The notes under the pieces were generated by a model that saw only the letters and a list, made by a program, of their open reading frames with translations, had not been told where the DNA came from and did not search any database. Below are positions 46,077 through 55,334 of a stretch of 64,000 nt of DNA, in pieces (positions within the stretch are counted from its first letter, which is position 1; each line of letters begins with the position of its first letter). The stretch is from Thermoanaerobaculia bacterium (GTDB lineage: Bacteria; Acidobacteriota; Thermoanaerobaculia; Gp7-AA8): positions 10,302 to 74,301 of the forward strand of contig DASUSN010000216.1 in the NCBI GenBank assembly GCA_036375075.1, read 5' to 3'. A program made the position numbers and the translations under genes.

Positions 46077-47196
46077 TCAGCCGACGAATGTGGCGGCGGT
46101 GCGGAGGAGGCAGTCGATCTGGGGGTCGGTCGCTCGCGTTCTTCGCGGGAAGAGCGCCGCGAGACGCGATTCGCGGTAGAGGTTCGCGCGATGCGGCCGG
46201 CGGGCGAGGATCGACAGACGCGCGAGGCGGGACCGCATGCGGGAGGGGAGCGCATTCGAAAGTGGCGGCGCGGCCTCCGCACTCCAGAGAGGATCGCGCT
46301 CGATGTCCTCGGCGCCGCGAGCGCGCGGGGGGAGCGGGCGGTCCGCCCGCGTCACGCGCGAGCCGCGTTTGCGCGCCGCGAGGATCACGTAGTCGCACGG
46401 GATGCGGCCGGAATCCACGAGCATCGCCTCGATCGTGCAGAGGATCTCCAGGATGGCCCGCTCGCGCGGCACTTCGAAGCGGAAGTGCTGGACGACGCCG
46501 TAGAGGAGATGCTGGAGGACGGTGCCGCCGATCTCCTTCCGCTCCAGCACTTCGAAGAACCGCGAGGTCAACCCGGGCAGCTCGTCGCTCCGCACCGCCT
46601 CGGTCGGATCGTTGGCGATCATCTCCTCCACGGTCGGCCGCGCTTTCGGCGGAAAGCCGAGGCAGCCGAGGAGCGTGTTGATGATCGAGAGCACGTCGTC
46701 GCCGTACTGAAAACGCTTCGGGCCGACATACTCGTTCATCACCAGCGTCGCGTCCGGCTTCATCGTCCGCTCGATCTGCGCGAATGCGTGCTCGAGGTGC
46801 TCCACGTGATGCAGCACCGAGTGCGCGACGACCACGTCGTACGCCCCGGCCGGCAGCTCGTCGCGATTCAGATCGACGACCCCGTAGCGGATCTTCGGAA
46901 TGTCCCGCGCGGCTTCGCGGGCGCGCGCCACCGCGTGCTCCGCGAAGTCCACCGCGTCGATGTGCGCGACGAACGGCCATTGCGCCACCGCGCGCTCCAG
47001 CCACCCTTCGCCGCAGCCGAGGACGAGCACGCGGAGGTCGTTCCCCACGAACCACCGATGCGCCCAGGACGACAGCCAGTCCCGCGCGGGGTCGCCCGTG
47101 GCCCGCTCGTTGAGGTGCATGAGGACGGCGGTATTCGCCATCCACGTGGTGTGTGCGAGGTGCTCCGAGCGCCGTTCGTCGTTCCAGACGGTCATG
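46077..47196 (-). CDS. Class I SAM-dependent methyltransferase
   Basis: Motif I VLVLGCGEGWLERAV, motif II/III (VVVAHSVLHHV). Start MTVWNDE (47196) or MANTAVL (47142). C-terminal about 70 aa are low-complexity and overlap REP-like copies. Confidence 0.65.
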
Positions 47197-48679
47197 AAAA
47201 CTGTAGGCCGACCACCGCGTCGTGCAATGCCTGGATGGTGGCGTTCTTCGCCACGACGTCCGGCGTCCGGCCGTGACGCTGGATGGCGTCGCTGGTGGCC
47301 GGGCCGATCGACGCGATGCGCGCGCGTCCCGGCGTGGCCTTCGCGAAGAAGTTGTCGACCGTCGACGCGCTCGTGAACGTGACCACGTCCACTTGGTCCG
47401 CGTCGATCAACGCGCGCAGCTCGTCGAGGTCCTGATCCGCCGCGATGGTCCGGTAGGCCACGGCAAGGTCCACTTCCCCGCCGCGCTTCCGCAGCTCGGC
47501 GATCAGCTCGTCCCGCCCTTCCTCGGCCCGGATGACGGCCGTGCGGACGCCGGTCTGGTCCCGGGCGAGGAGCGGCAGGAGCTCGGTGGAGATGAAGCGC
47601 TCCGGCACGACGTCGGGATTCAGGCCGCGCGCGCGGAGGTCCTCTGCCGTCGCCTGGCCGACGGCCGCGATCTTCGTCCCCGCCAGCGCCCGCACATCTC
47701 TGCCGAGTGCGAAGAGGCGCTGGAAGAACGCCGCCACGCCGTTCGTCGACGTGAACACGAGCCAGTCGTACTTCGACTCGATCGCGCGATCGAGCGAGTC
47801 CCACGACGCCGGCGGCGCGATCTCGATGGTCGGGAACTGCAGCACCTGCGCGCCCGACTCCTCGAGCAGGCGCTTGAGCTCCGAGGCCTGCTCGCGGGCG
47901 CGGGTGACGACGACGCGCCTGCCGAAGAGCGGCTTGTTCTCGAACCAGTTCAGCGCCTCGTGCAGCGTCACGACGTCGCCCACCACGATCAGCGCCGGCG
48001 TCTCGAGCTTCGCCTCGGCCACCCGCGCCTCGATGTTGCGCAGCGTGCCGGTGACGGTGCGCTGATCCAGGCGCGTGGCCTTCGAGATCACCGCGCAGCC
48101 GCGGTCGCCGCTCATGCCATGCTCCATCAGCTTGTGGCAGATCGACGGCAGGTTCGCGAAGCCCATCATGAACACGATGGTGCCGTCGAGCTGCGCCAGC
48201 GCGGGCCACTTGATCCCGGTCGAGCCGGCGTCGGCCTCGTGCGCCGTGACGAGCGTGACCGACGTCGCGTACGAGCGGTGCGTCACCGGAATGCCGGCGT
48301 AAGCGGGACCGGCGATGGACGACGAGATGCCGGGCACGATCTCGACCGGCACGCCGGCCGCGAGCAGCTCCTCGGCCTCTTCCCCACCACGCCCGAAGAT
48401 GAACGGATCGCCGCCCTTGAGGCGGACGACCATCTTCCCCTTCTTCGCCTCGGCAACGAGGAGCGCGTTGATCTGGTCCTGCGGCAGCGCATGCGCGCTG
48501 GCCCGCTTGCCGACGTACACGACCTCGGCCGACTTCGGGATGCGCGCGACGATGTCCTGCGAGACGAGGGCGTCGAGAGCGATGAGGTCCGCGCGCTCGA
48601 TGAGCTCCGCGGCGCGCAGCGTGAGCAGGCGCCAGTCGCCGGGACCGGCGCCGACGAGATAGACCTTTCCGGCGCTCAA
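47192..48679 (-). CDS. cobA: Bifunctional uroporphyrinogen-III C-methyltransferase / uroporphyrinogen-III synthase (CobA-HemD fusion)
   Basis: N-terminal VYLVGAGPGDWRLLTLRAAELIERADLIAL (SUMT) and C-terminal HemD-like half. TTG start overlapping the hemC stop (TTGA). The upstream part of ORF ..49231 is an out-of-frame shadow. Confidence 0.8.
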   Translation of the reverse strand: MSAGKVYLVGAGPGDWRLLTLRAAELIERADLIALDALVSQDIVARIPKSAEVVYVGKRASAHALPQDQINALLVAEAKKGKMVVRLKGGDPFIFGRGGEEAEELLAAGVPVEIVPGISSSIAGPAYAGIPVTHRSYATSVTLVTAHEADAGSTGIKWPALAQLDGTIVFMMGFANLPSICHKLMEHGMSGDRGCAVISKATRLDQRTVTGTLRNIEARVAEAKLETPALIVVGDVVTLHEALNWFENKPLFGRRVVVTRAREQASELKRLLEESGAQVLQFPTIEIAPPASWDSLDRAIESKYDWLVFTSTNGVAAFFQRLFALGRDVRALAGTKIAAVGQATAEDLRARGLNPDVVPERFISTELLPLLARDQTGVRTAVIRAEEGRDELIAELRKRGGEVDLAVAYRTIAADQDLDELRALIDADQVDVVTFTSASTVDNFFAKATPGRARIASIGPATSDAIQRHGRTPDVVAKNATIQALHDAVVGLQFS

Positions 48680-49539
48680 AACAGTTCCTCCGCGCCCTGG
48701 GCGATGAGCTCGCGGTGTACGGCGTCGGCCGTCGCTCCGCTCGCACGGATCGAGCGGGTCCCGTTGGAGAAGAACGCGCGCAGGGTCCCGCCGGAGTAAT
48801 GGACCGCGACCGCTGAATAGCAGTCGAGACGCGTGCCGAACTTCTGCAGGACCGCGCGCTCGGAGCGCGCGGCGATCTCGGATGGCTCGTGGTTGACGGC
48901 ACGAGCGGCTTCTTTCGCGAGCTCGTTCGCGGCCAGGCACTCCATGGCCACGATCCCCTGGCCCGCCGCCGGGAGCATCTCGTCCACCGTAAAGTAGGAC
49001 GTGATCTCGCCCGCGCGGCCGAGGCGGGCGAGGCCGGCGCTGGCGAGGATGATCCCGGCGTACGCGCCGTCCCGCGCCTTGTTGATGCGCGTGTCGACGT
49101 TGCCGCGGATGTCCTCGACCGCCAGTTTCGGGAAGAGCTGCGCGAGCTGCGCGCGGCGCCGGGGCGCGCTCGTCCCGATCACCGAGCCCTCCGGCATGTC
49201 CGCGATGGCGCGACCCTCGGCGTGAATCCACGCGTCGCGCGGATCGGCGCGCTCGAGGAACCCCGCCAGCTCGAACTGGTCCGGGACGATCGACGGCACG
49301 TCCTTGAGGCTGTGCACCGCGATGTCGACGTCGCCGCGCTCCAGGGCTTCTTCCAGCTCCTTGATGAACAGCCCCTTGCCGCCGATGGCGGCCAGCGAGA
49401 CGTCCTGGCGTTTGTCGCCGGTGGTCTTGACGACATGCAGCTCGGGCTCGTAGCCGGCTTCGCGCAGGCGGCGGGACGTCTCATTGGCCTGCCAGAGCGC
49501 GAGCTGGGAGCCGCGGGTCCCGATGCGGACTCTCTTCAT
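48676..49539 (-). CDS. hemC: Hydroxymethylbilane synthase (porphobilinogen deaminase)
   Basis: MKRVRIGTRGSQLALWQA...AVHSLKDVP...DIRGNVDTRI. Confidence 0.9.
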   Translation of the reverse strand: MKRVRIGTRGSQLALWQANETSRRLREAGYEPELHVVKTTGDKRQDVSLAAIGGKGLFIKELEEALERGDVDIAVHSLKDVPSIVPDQFELAGFLERADPRDAWIHAEGRAIADMPEGSVIGTSAPRRRAQLAQLFPKLAVEDIRGNVDTRINKARDGAYAGIILASAGLARLGRAGEITSYFTVDEMLPAAGQGIVAMECLAANELAKEAARAVNHEPSEIAARSERAVLQKFGTRLDCYSAVAVHYSGGTLRAFFSNGTRSIRASGATADAVHRELIAQGAEELF

Positions 49540-50801
49540 TTCGCGAGACCGAAGATCTTCCGGATGGTCTTCCGCAGCGACTCGCGCTCCTGCGGCTCCT
49601 CGGCGCCGTCACGGAGCTGCAGGATCGGGTAGTGGAGGATCTTGTTGACCATCTGCGTGGAGAACAGCTCGATGGCCTCGCGCTGCTCCGGCGTCATCGG
49701 CCCGACCTTGCGCAGGCACTTCTCGAGCTCCGACGCGCGAATGGTCTCCAGGCGCTGCTGGAGCTCGAGGATGGTCGGCACGGCATCCTGCGCCACGAGG
49801 CGCCTGTGGAAGGCCTCGACCTCGCGCAGCACGATCTGCTCGGCGTTGGACGCCTTCTGCTGGCGGCGGCCGAGGTTCGCGTCGGCGACCTGCTGGAGAT
49901 CGTCGACGTTGTAGAGATACGCGCCGTCGACGCGCGACACCGCGGGGTTGATGTTGCGCGGGACGGACAGGTCGATGAGGAAGAGGCTGCGGTTGCGGCG
50001 GACGTCGAGCGCGCGCGTGACGTGGTGCGGCTCGATGACGAAGTGCGGCGCCGCGGTGGACGCGATGACGATGTCGCACTTGGCCAGGTGCTCGTCCAGG
50101 CCGTCGAACTGCACGGCCGCGCCCTCGAAGCGGTTCGCCAGCTCCACGGCCCGCTCGTGCGAGCGGTTCGCGACGAACACCTGCTTCACGTCGTGCTGGT
50201 GCAGGTGCTCGGCGGTGAGCTCGCCCATGTCGCCGGCGCCCAGCAGCAGGACCTGCAGGCCGCGCAGGTCGCCGAAGATCTTCTTCGCCAACTGCACCGC
50301 GGCGTAGGGGACCGACACCGCGTGCTCGCCGATGCCCGTGTCCGTACGGACCTTCTTCGACACGCGCATCGTGTTCTCGTAGACCTGCGTCAGGAGCGTG
50401 TCCAGCGTCCCCAGCCCCTGCGCGGCCAGGAAGGCCTGCTTGACCTGCCCGCCGATCTGCGGCTCGCCGAGGATCATGGAGTCGAGGCCGGAGGCGACGC
50501 GGAAGAGGTGCTGGACCACGTCGCCGTGGCGGAGGATGTAGAGGTGCTTCTCCAGCTCCACGCGGTGCGTGCCGGCGCGCGCGGCGAGCCAGTCCACGAG
50601 CTGCGTGATGACGTCTTCATCGCGCGACGAGACCACGGCCTCGACGCGGTTGCACGTCGAGATGATGGCTGCGCCCTCCACGCCGTCGATCGCGCACAAC
50701 GCGCTCGTCGTGTCGGCCAGCTTCGGCTCCGGCACGTCCAGCCGCTCGCGCACCTCCACGGGCGCGGTGCGGTGATTGAGTCCGACGAGGATCAGAGGCA
50801 T
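49536..50801 (-). CDS. hemA: Glutamyl-tRNA reductase
   Basis: MPLILVGLNHRTAPVEVRE..., STCNRVE, NAD-binding LLGAGDMGEL. Confidence 0.9.
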   Translation of the reverse strand: MPLILVGLNHRTAPVEVRERLDVPEPKLADTTSALCAIDGVEGAAIISTCNRVEAVVSSRDEDVITQLVDWLAARAGTHRVELEKHLYILRHGDVVQHLFRVASGLDSMILGEPQIGGQVKQAFLAAQGLGTLDTLLTQVYENTMRVSKKVRTDTGIGEHAVSVPYAAVQLAKKIFGDLRGLQVLLLGAGDMGELTAEHLHQHDVKQVFVANRSHERAVELANRFEGAAVQFDGLDEHLAKCDIVIASTAAPHFVIEPHHVTRALDVRRNRSLFLIDLSVPRNINPAVSRVDGAYLYNVDDLQQVADANLGRRQQKASNAEQIVLREVEAFHRRLVAQDAVPTILELQQRLETIRASELEKCLRKVGPMTPEQREAIELFSTQMVNKILHYPILQLRDGAEEPQERESLRKTIRKIFGLAK

Positions 50802-50922
50802 CGTAGCCTCTCCGAACCCTGAGCGGAGCGAAGGGTCAACGGTGCCCTCTCGAGAAGCGTGCGCAGCACAGATCGCGTGAGGGCTCCGGTGATTCCTCGC
50901 TTTGCTCGGAATTCCATGGCCG

Positions 50923-51702
50923 CTAACCCCGGATCCCCAGCATCGCCACGATCAGGGCGATGAAGGCGCCGGCGGACACGAGCAGCATCCGTTTCTGCCG
51001 GTAGGTATTGCTGATGTACGACTGCAGGAGGATCCCGAACAGGATCCACGCCGCGACCGCGCCGATCTGCTTCACGCGCAGGTCCATGAACCCGGCGGTG
51101 GTGCGGTACGACCAGAGCACGCCGGCGATCAGTCCGACCGTGTAGATGCTGAACCCGATCGCGAGCGCGCGGAAGCTGACGTTCTTGCAGATGTCGAGGC
51201 TCGGAATCCACTCCCACAACCGGCCCGGCCGCTTGTTCTTCAGCATCCGGTCCTGGATCAGCGCGAGCAGCCCGAACGAGAGGCCGATGAGCAGCCCCGC
51301 GACGCCGACGGTCGACAGGAGCAGGTGCGCGATGAACAGGTTCGAGCGGAGCTCCGGGTCGAGCGCCGCGAAGTTCTCCCCGACGACCGCGGAGAGGGTG
51401 AGGAGGAGCAGGACCAGCGGATAGACGAAGAACGACGCGGCGTAGACGCGGTACCGCAGCCAGAGCACCAGCTCCACCGCGAACACCACCCAGCCGATGA
51501 AGCTCGCCGCCTCGGCCAGGTTCGTCAGCGGCGGATGCCCGGTCGCGGCGCAGATCGTCCCGATCCACACGGTGTGCGAAACGAAGCCGAGGACCATGAA
51601 GCCCAGCCCGGCGTTCCGCAGGCCTTTCGCCCTGTGGAACAGCGACCCCAGCGCGGCCAGGGTGCCGAGAGCGTAGAAGGCGAGCGCAGCGTAGAGGGTC
51701 AT
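50923..51702 (-). CDS. Cytochrome c assembly (CcsA/HemX-like) membrane protein
   Basis: 259 aa, 8 hydrophobic helices, W-rich segment. It sits upstream of hemA, the position the HemX/CcsA-like gene occupies in the Bacillus hemAXCDBL operon. Confidence 0.55.
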   Translation of the reverse strand: MTLYAALAFYALGTLAALGSLFHRAKGLRNAGLGFMVLGFVSHTVWIGTICAATGHPPLTNLAEAASFIGWVVFAVELVLWLRYRVYAASFFVYPLVLLLLTLSAVVGENFAALDPELRSNLFIAHLLLSTVGVAGLLIGLSFGLLALIQDRMLKNKRPGRLWEWIPSLDICKNVSFRALAIGFSIYTVGLIAGVLWSYRTTAGFMDLRVKQIGAVAAWILFGILLQSYISNTYRQKRMLLVSAGAFIALIVAMLGIRG

Positions 51703-52184
51703 CCCAGGTTCTTCGAGAACACGACCTTGTCGTCCTCGATTCTGTAGAAATCCTTGATGCGGGAGATCTCGTGATACCCCGCCTGTTGGTAAAACCGGAC
51801 CGTGGGCGCGTAACTCCGTTTCGACGACGTCTCGATCAGCAGCATGCGCCCGGCCTGCCGCCGCACCTCATTTTCCACGAAATGGAGCAGGAACTGCCCG
51901 AATCCCTGCCCCTGATGTTGCGGATCGACGGCAATCCAGTAAAGATCCCAGACCCCCTCGGCCTTGGGAGTGGGTCCGAAGAGGACGTAGCCGTGTATGG
52001 TCCCGCCCGGCTGCTCGCCCACGTGGGCCTGGTACTCCGGCCTGCCGCCGAGGGCCAGGTCGACCAGGTCCATGGCCCAGCCGATCTCCTGCCGCGTGAA
52101 GCGCGCCGTGGCTACCAGGATCTGCTGGATGCGGGCGCGATCCGCGGGGTGGGCGGGGCGGATCTTCATGGGGTTGGGTGTCAT
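51699..52184 (-). CDS. GNAT-family N-acetyltransferase
   Basis: WIAVDPQHQGQGFGQFLLHFVE (acetyl-CoA motif A). Confidence 0.7.
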   Translation of the reverse strand: MTPNPMKIRPAHPADRARIQQILVATARFTRQEIGWAMDLVDLALGGRPEYQAHVGEQPGGTIHGYVLFGPTPKAEGVWDLYWIAVDPQHQGQGFGQFLLHFVENEVRRQAGRMLLIETSSKRSYAPTVRFYQQAGYHEISRIKDFYRIEDDKVVFSKNLG

Positions 52185-52254
52185 AGGACGTCTAGGACGG
52201 TCCTATTGGTCCTATTGGTCCTATTCGTCCTATAGGTCCTATCCGTCCTATCAA
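52182..52254. repeat. Array of 9-bp units TCCTATNNG: 2 inverted + 6 direct tandem copies, spanning the GNAT start / hflX stop
   Basis: cataggacgtctaggacgg tcctattgg tcctattgg tcctattcg tcctatagg tcctatccg tcctatcaa. Confidence 0.6.
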
Positions 52255-53504
52255 CTGGCAACACGGCGGCGGGCGCGGGTGGCAAACTCCGAGAACAGGT
52301 GCACCGCGTCCCGCGGCACCCACGCCGTCACCACCACGCCGGCGTCGTTCGTCGCCTGTTCCTGCACCTCGGCCACCTCGTGGAGCTTCGCCACCAGCCG
52401 GGACTCGGCGTGGGGGATCTCCAGGTGCAACAGCTCGCCGCCGGCGCGCTCGCGGTCGCGGATCATCTCCAGCAGGCGGTCGACGTGCTCGCCGGTGAGG
52501 GCGGAGACGACGATGGAGTTGGGGCGGCGCATGGCGAAGTGCTCGTCGATCTGATCGACCTTGTTGTAGACCTCGATCACGCGCTCGCGGTCGATGCCGA
52601 GGTCGGAGAGGACTTCTTCGCCGACCTCGCGCTGCTCGGTGTACTGCGGGTGGCTGCCGTCGATGACGTGCAGGACGAGGTCCGCGGCCACGGCTTCCTC
52701 CATCGTCGAGCGGAACGACGCGACGAGGTGGTGGGGCAGCTTGCGGATGAACCCGACCGTGTCGATGACCACGGTCTCGCGCGGCATCTCCGCGGCGATC
52801 TTCGCGGACTTGGAGTCGAGCGTGGCGAAGAGCTGGTCCATGGCCAGCGCGTCGCCGCGGGTGAGGCGGTTGAACAGCGTGGACTTGCCCGCGTTCGTGT
52901 AGCCGACCAGGGCGATGGTGAACGCCGAGTGGCGGGCCTTGCGCTGGGTCTCGCGGTTCTTCCCGATGTGCTTGAGCTCTTCCTTGAGCTTGGCGATGCG
53001 CGTGCGGACGATGCGGCGGTCGAGCTCGAGCTGGGTCTCGCCGACGCCGCGCTTCGCGCCGCCGCCCGCGCCGCCGGCCTGACGCTCGAGGTGCGACCAC
53101 GCCCGGGTCAGGCGGGGGAGCATGTACTCGAGCTGCGCGAGCTCGACCTGCGTGCGGGCCTCGCGGGTGCGGGCGCGGCCGGCGAAGATGTCGAGAATCA
53201 GGCCGCTGCGATCGATGACCTTCACCCCGATGATCTTCTCGAGGTTGCGGGCCTGCGCGGGGGAGAGATCGTCGTCGAACACGATCAGCGTGGCCCCCGT
53301 GCTCGCGGCCAGGCTCTTGATCTCCTCTGCCTTCCCCTTGCCGATGTACGTGCCGGCGTCGGGCGCGTTGCGCTTTCCCAGGACACGGGCGACGACGGAG
53401 GCGCCGGCCGTCCCGACGAGCTTGGACAGCTCTTCCAGGTGCTCTTCGGCGACAGTGCGGGAGAGGTCGGGGAGGATGAGGCCTGCGGCGATGACGGATT
53501 GCAT
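52251..53504 (-). CDS. hflX: GTPase HflX
   Basis: HflX N-domain + G-domain (ALVGYTNAGKSTLFN, DTVGF, NKVD). Start taken at MQSVIAAG. Confidence 0.9.
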   Translation of the reverse strand: MQSVIAAGLILPDLSRTVAEEHLEELSKLVGTAGASVVARVLGKRNAPDAGTYIGKGKAEEIKSLAASTGATLIVFDDDLSPAQARNLEKIIGVKVIDRSGLILDIFAGRARTREARTQVELAQLEYMLPRLTRAWSHLERQAGGAGGGAKRGVGETQLELDRRIVRTRIAKLKEELKHIGKNRETQRKARHSAFTIALVGYTNAGKSTLFNRLTRGDALAMDQLFATLDSKSAKIAAEMPRETVVIDTVGFIRKLPHHLVASFRSTMEEAVAADLVLHVIDGSHPQYTEQREVGEEVLSDLGIDRERVIEVYNKVDQIDEHFAMRRPNSIVVSALTGEHVDRLLEMIRDRERAGGELLHLEIPHAESRLVAKLHEVAEVQEQATNDAGVVVTAWVPRDAVHLFSEFATRARRRVAS

Positions 53505-53569
53505 GTGGCGTCGAGGGGAACATGATAGCCGTTGTGAGGATTTCGGGCCCCTGGCGCGACTCCGTAGCA

Positions 53570-54232
53570 ATGACGTTCGAAGAGATCTACACCACTCTCC
53601 TGCCGCTGCTCCGCCGGATCGCCGAGCAGCAGTTCCGCGTGCCGGAGCACGACTCGGATGCCATCGCACACGAGGTCCTGCTGAGCTACCTGCGGAAGCG
53701 GGAGCCGGTCCGCGAAGTCCGCTCGTATCTGATCGGCGCCCTCAGCAACAACTGCCGCACCTACTGGCGCTCCCAGGCCCGGATGGACCGCGATGCGGAG
53801 ATGCCGGTCCGCGTGCGCGTCCCGCACTACGAGTCCGTCATCGACCTGCGCCGGTTCCTGGGCCGGCTGCCGCCCCTGCAGCGGCGCATCGTCGTGCTGC
53901 ACGCGCAGGGGTGGACGGTGAAGGAGATCGCCGCCCGGATCGGCTACTCCCCGAGCTGGACCGAGAAGCTCCTCCGCCGCGCGCGGGAGGCCGCTGCCGA
54001 AGAGCTCGACCTCACGCATCGCCGCCGGGTAGGGCGAGGTGTGGCCCGCACAGACACTTCTGATTGCCGTCGTATGATCTGCGCTCATGTACGTCCTGTA
54101 CGAGGTCCTGCTGTACCTCGTGCTCCTGCTCGCGCTGCCGTATTTCCTCTTCACCGGGTTCCTGCGGGGGAAGTACGTCGTGAACTTCCCGCTGCGCGCG
54201 GGCTGGTACCGCCATCGCGCCGCGCGGCATGA
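53570..54232 (+). CDS. ECF-subfamily RNA polymerase sigma factor (3' end uncertain; reading frame overlaps kdtA by about 145 nt)
   Basis: Region 2 (DAIAHEVLLSYL), region 4 HTH (LQRRIVVLHAQGWTVKEIAARIGYSPSWTEKLLRRAR). The ORF continues about 75 codons past the expected end. Confidence 0.6.
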   Translation: MTFEEIYTTLLPLLRRIAEQQFRVPEHDSDAIAHEVLLSYLRKREPVREVRSYLIGALSNNCRTYWRSQARMDRDAEMPVRVRVPHYESVIDLRRFLGRLPPLQRRIVVLHAQGWTVKEIAARIGYSPSWTEKLLRRAREAAAEELDLTHRRRVGRGVARTDTSDCRRMICAHVRPVRGPAVPRAPARAAVFPLHRVPAGEVRRELPAARGLVPPSRRAA

Positions 54233-55334
54233 CCTCTGGATCCACGCCGTCTCCGTCGGCGAGACGCTGGCCGCGAAGCCGATCGTGGACGAGATCGTGC
54301 GCCAGCGGCCCCACACCTCCATCGTGTTCACGACGACCACCCTCACCGGACAGACGCAGGCGCGCCGGCTCTACCCCGAAGCCACGGTGACGTACTTCCC
54401 GTTCGACTTCGCGTTCGCGGTGCGGCGGTTCCTCGACCACCACCAGCCGCGCGCATTCGCCACCATGGAGACGGAGATCTGGCCGAACGTCACCCGGCTC
54501 GCCAAAGCGCGGGGCATGGGCCTCCTGCTGGCCAATGGACGCATCTCCGACCGTTCGTTTCCCCGCTATCGCGCGTTCCGCATGGTCGTCCGCCACGTGC
54601 TGCGCAAGTACGACCGCATCCTGGCGCGCGAGACCACCGACCGCGACCGCTTCGTGGCCATGGGCGCGCCGCCGGAGATCGTCGAGGTGAGCGGCAACGT
54701 GAAGTTCGACTATCACCCGGACGACACGCCGCTGGAGATCGCATCGCAGCTCGAGGAGATGATCGGCAACCGCAAGGTGGTCGTCTTCGGCTCGACCATG
54801 GAAGGCGAGGACGAGGCGCTGCTGCCGGAGATCGAGGGCCTGCTCGCGCAGCAGCGCGCCTTCGCGATCATCGCGCCGCGGAAGCCGGAGCGGTTCGAGC
54901 TGGTGGCGGGACTGCTGGCGACGTCGCAATTGCGCTACGTGCGGCGGAGTGAGTGGCAGCCCGGAAACGCGGACGTCCTCCTCCTCGACACCTTCGGCGA
55001 GCTGGCGAAGATCTACCGCTACGCCACCGTGGCGTTCATCGGCGGGACGCTCGTGCCTACCGGCGGGCACAATCCGATCGAGGCGGCGGCCAACGGCGTG
55101 CCGGTGTGTTTCGGCCCGTCGATGTCCAACTTCCGCGAGATCGCGCAGGTGTTCCTCCGCAACGAGGCGGCGGCGGAAGTGCGGACGGCGGCGGAGGCCG
55201 TGGAGTTCGCGGCGAAAATGATCGAGCAGCCGGAGCTGCAGCGGGCGTGGGGCGCGCGCGCCCGCGACACCGTCCTCCAGAACCGCGGCGCCTCGGAGCG
55301 CACGGCCCGCAGAATCGTCGAGCTGCTCGCGTGA
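54087..55334 (+). CDS. waaA: 3-deoxy-D-manno-octulosonic acid (Kdo) transferase
   Basis: N-terminal membrane anchor MYVLYEVLLYLVLLLALPYF, ...LWIHAVSVGE... are typical KdtA/WaaA. Confidence 0.85.
   Translation: MYVLYEVLLYLVLLLALPYFLFTGFLRGKYVVNFPLRAGWYRHRAARHDLWIHAVSVGETLAAKPIVDEIVRQRPHTSIVFTTTTLTGQTQARRLYPEATVTYFPFDFAFAVRRFLDHHQPRAFATMETEIWPNVTRLAKARGMGLLLANGRISDRSFPRYRAFRMVVRHVLRKYDRILARETTDRDRFVAMGAPPEIVEVSGNVKFDYHPDDTPLEIASQLEEMIGNRKVVVFGSTMEGEDEALLPEIEGLLAQQRAFAIIAPRKPERFELVAGLLATSQLRYVRRSEWQPGNADVLLLDTFGELAKIYRYATVAFIGGTLVPTGGHNPIEAAANGVPVCFGPSMSNFREIAQVFLRNEAAAEVRTAAEAVEFAAKMIEQPELQRAWGARARDTVLQNRGASERTARRIVELLA

Noticed and set aside
42806-46282. Full 1158-aa extent of the membrane-protein ORF
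   Set aside because: The first about 110 codons (45944-46282) are Arg/Ser-rich, overlap the REP-like repeats and the methyltransferase 3' end, and precede the first hydrophobic helix. Start moved to GTG near 45943.
47192-49231. 679-aa CobA/HemD ORF including the N-terminal 180 codons
   Set aside because: N-terminal 180 codons are an Arg-rich shadow overlapping hemC. The conserved SUMT domain begins at the TTG that overlaps the hemC stop.
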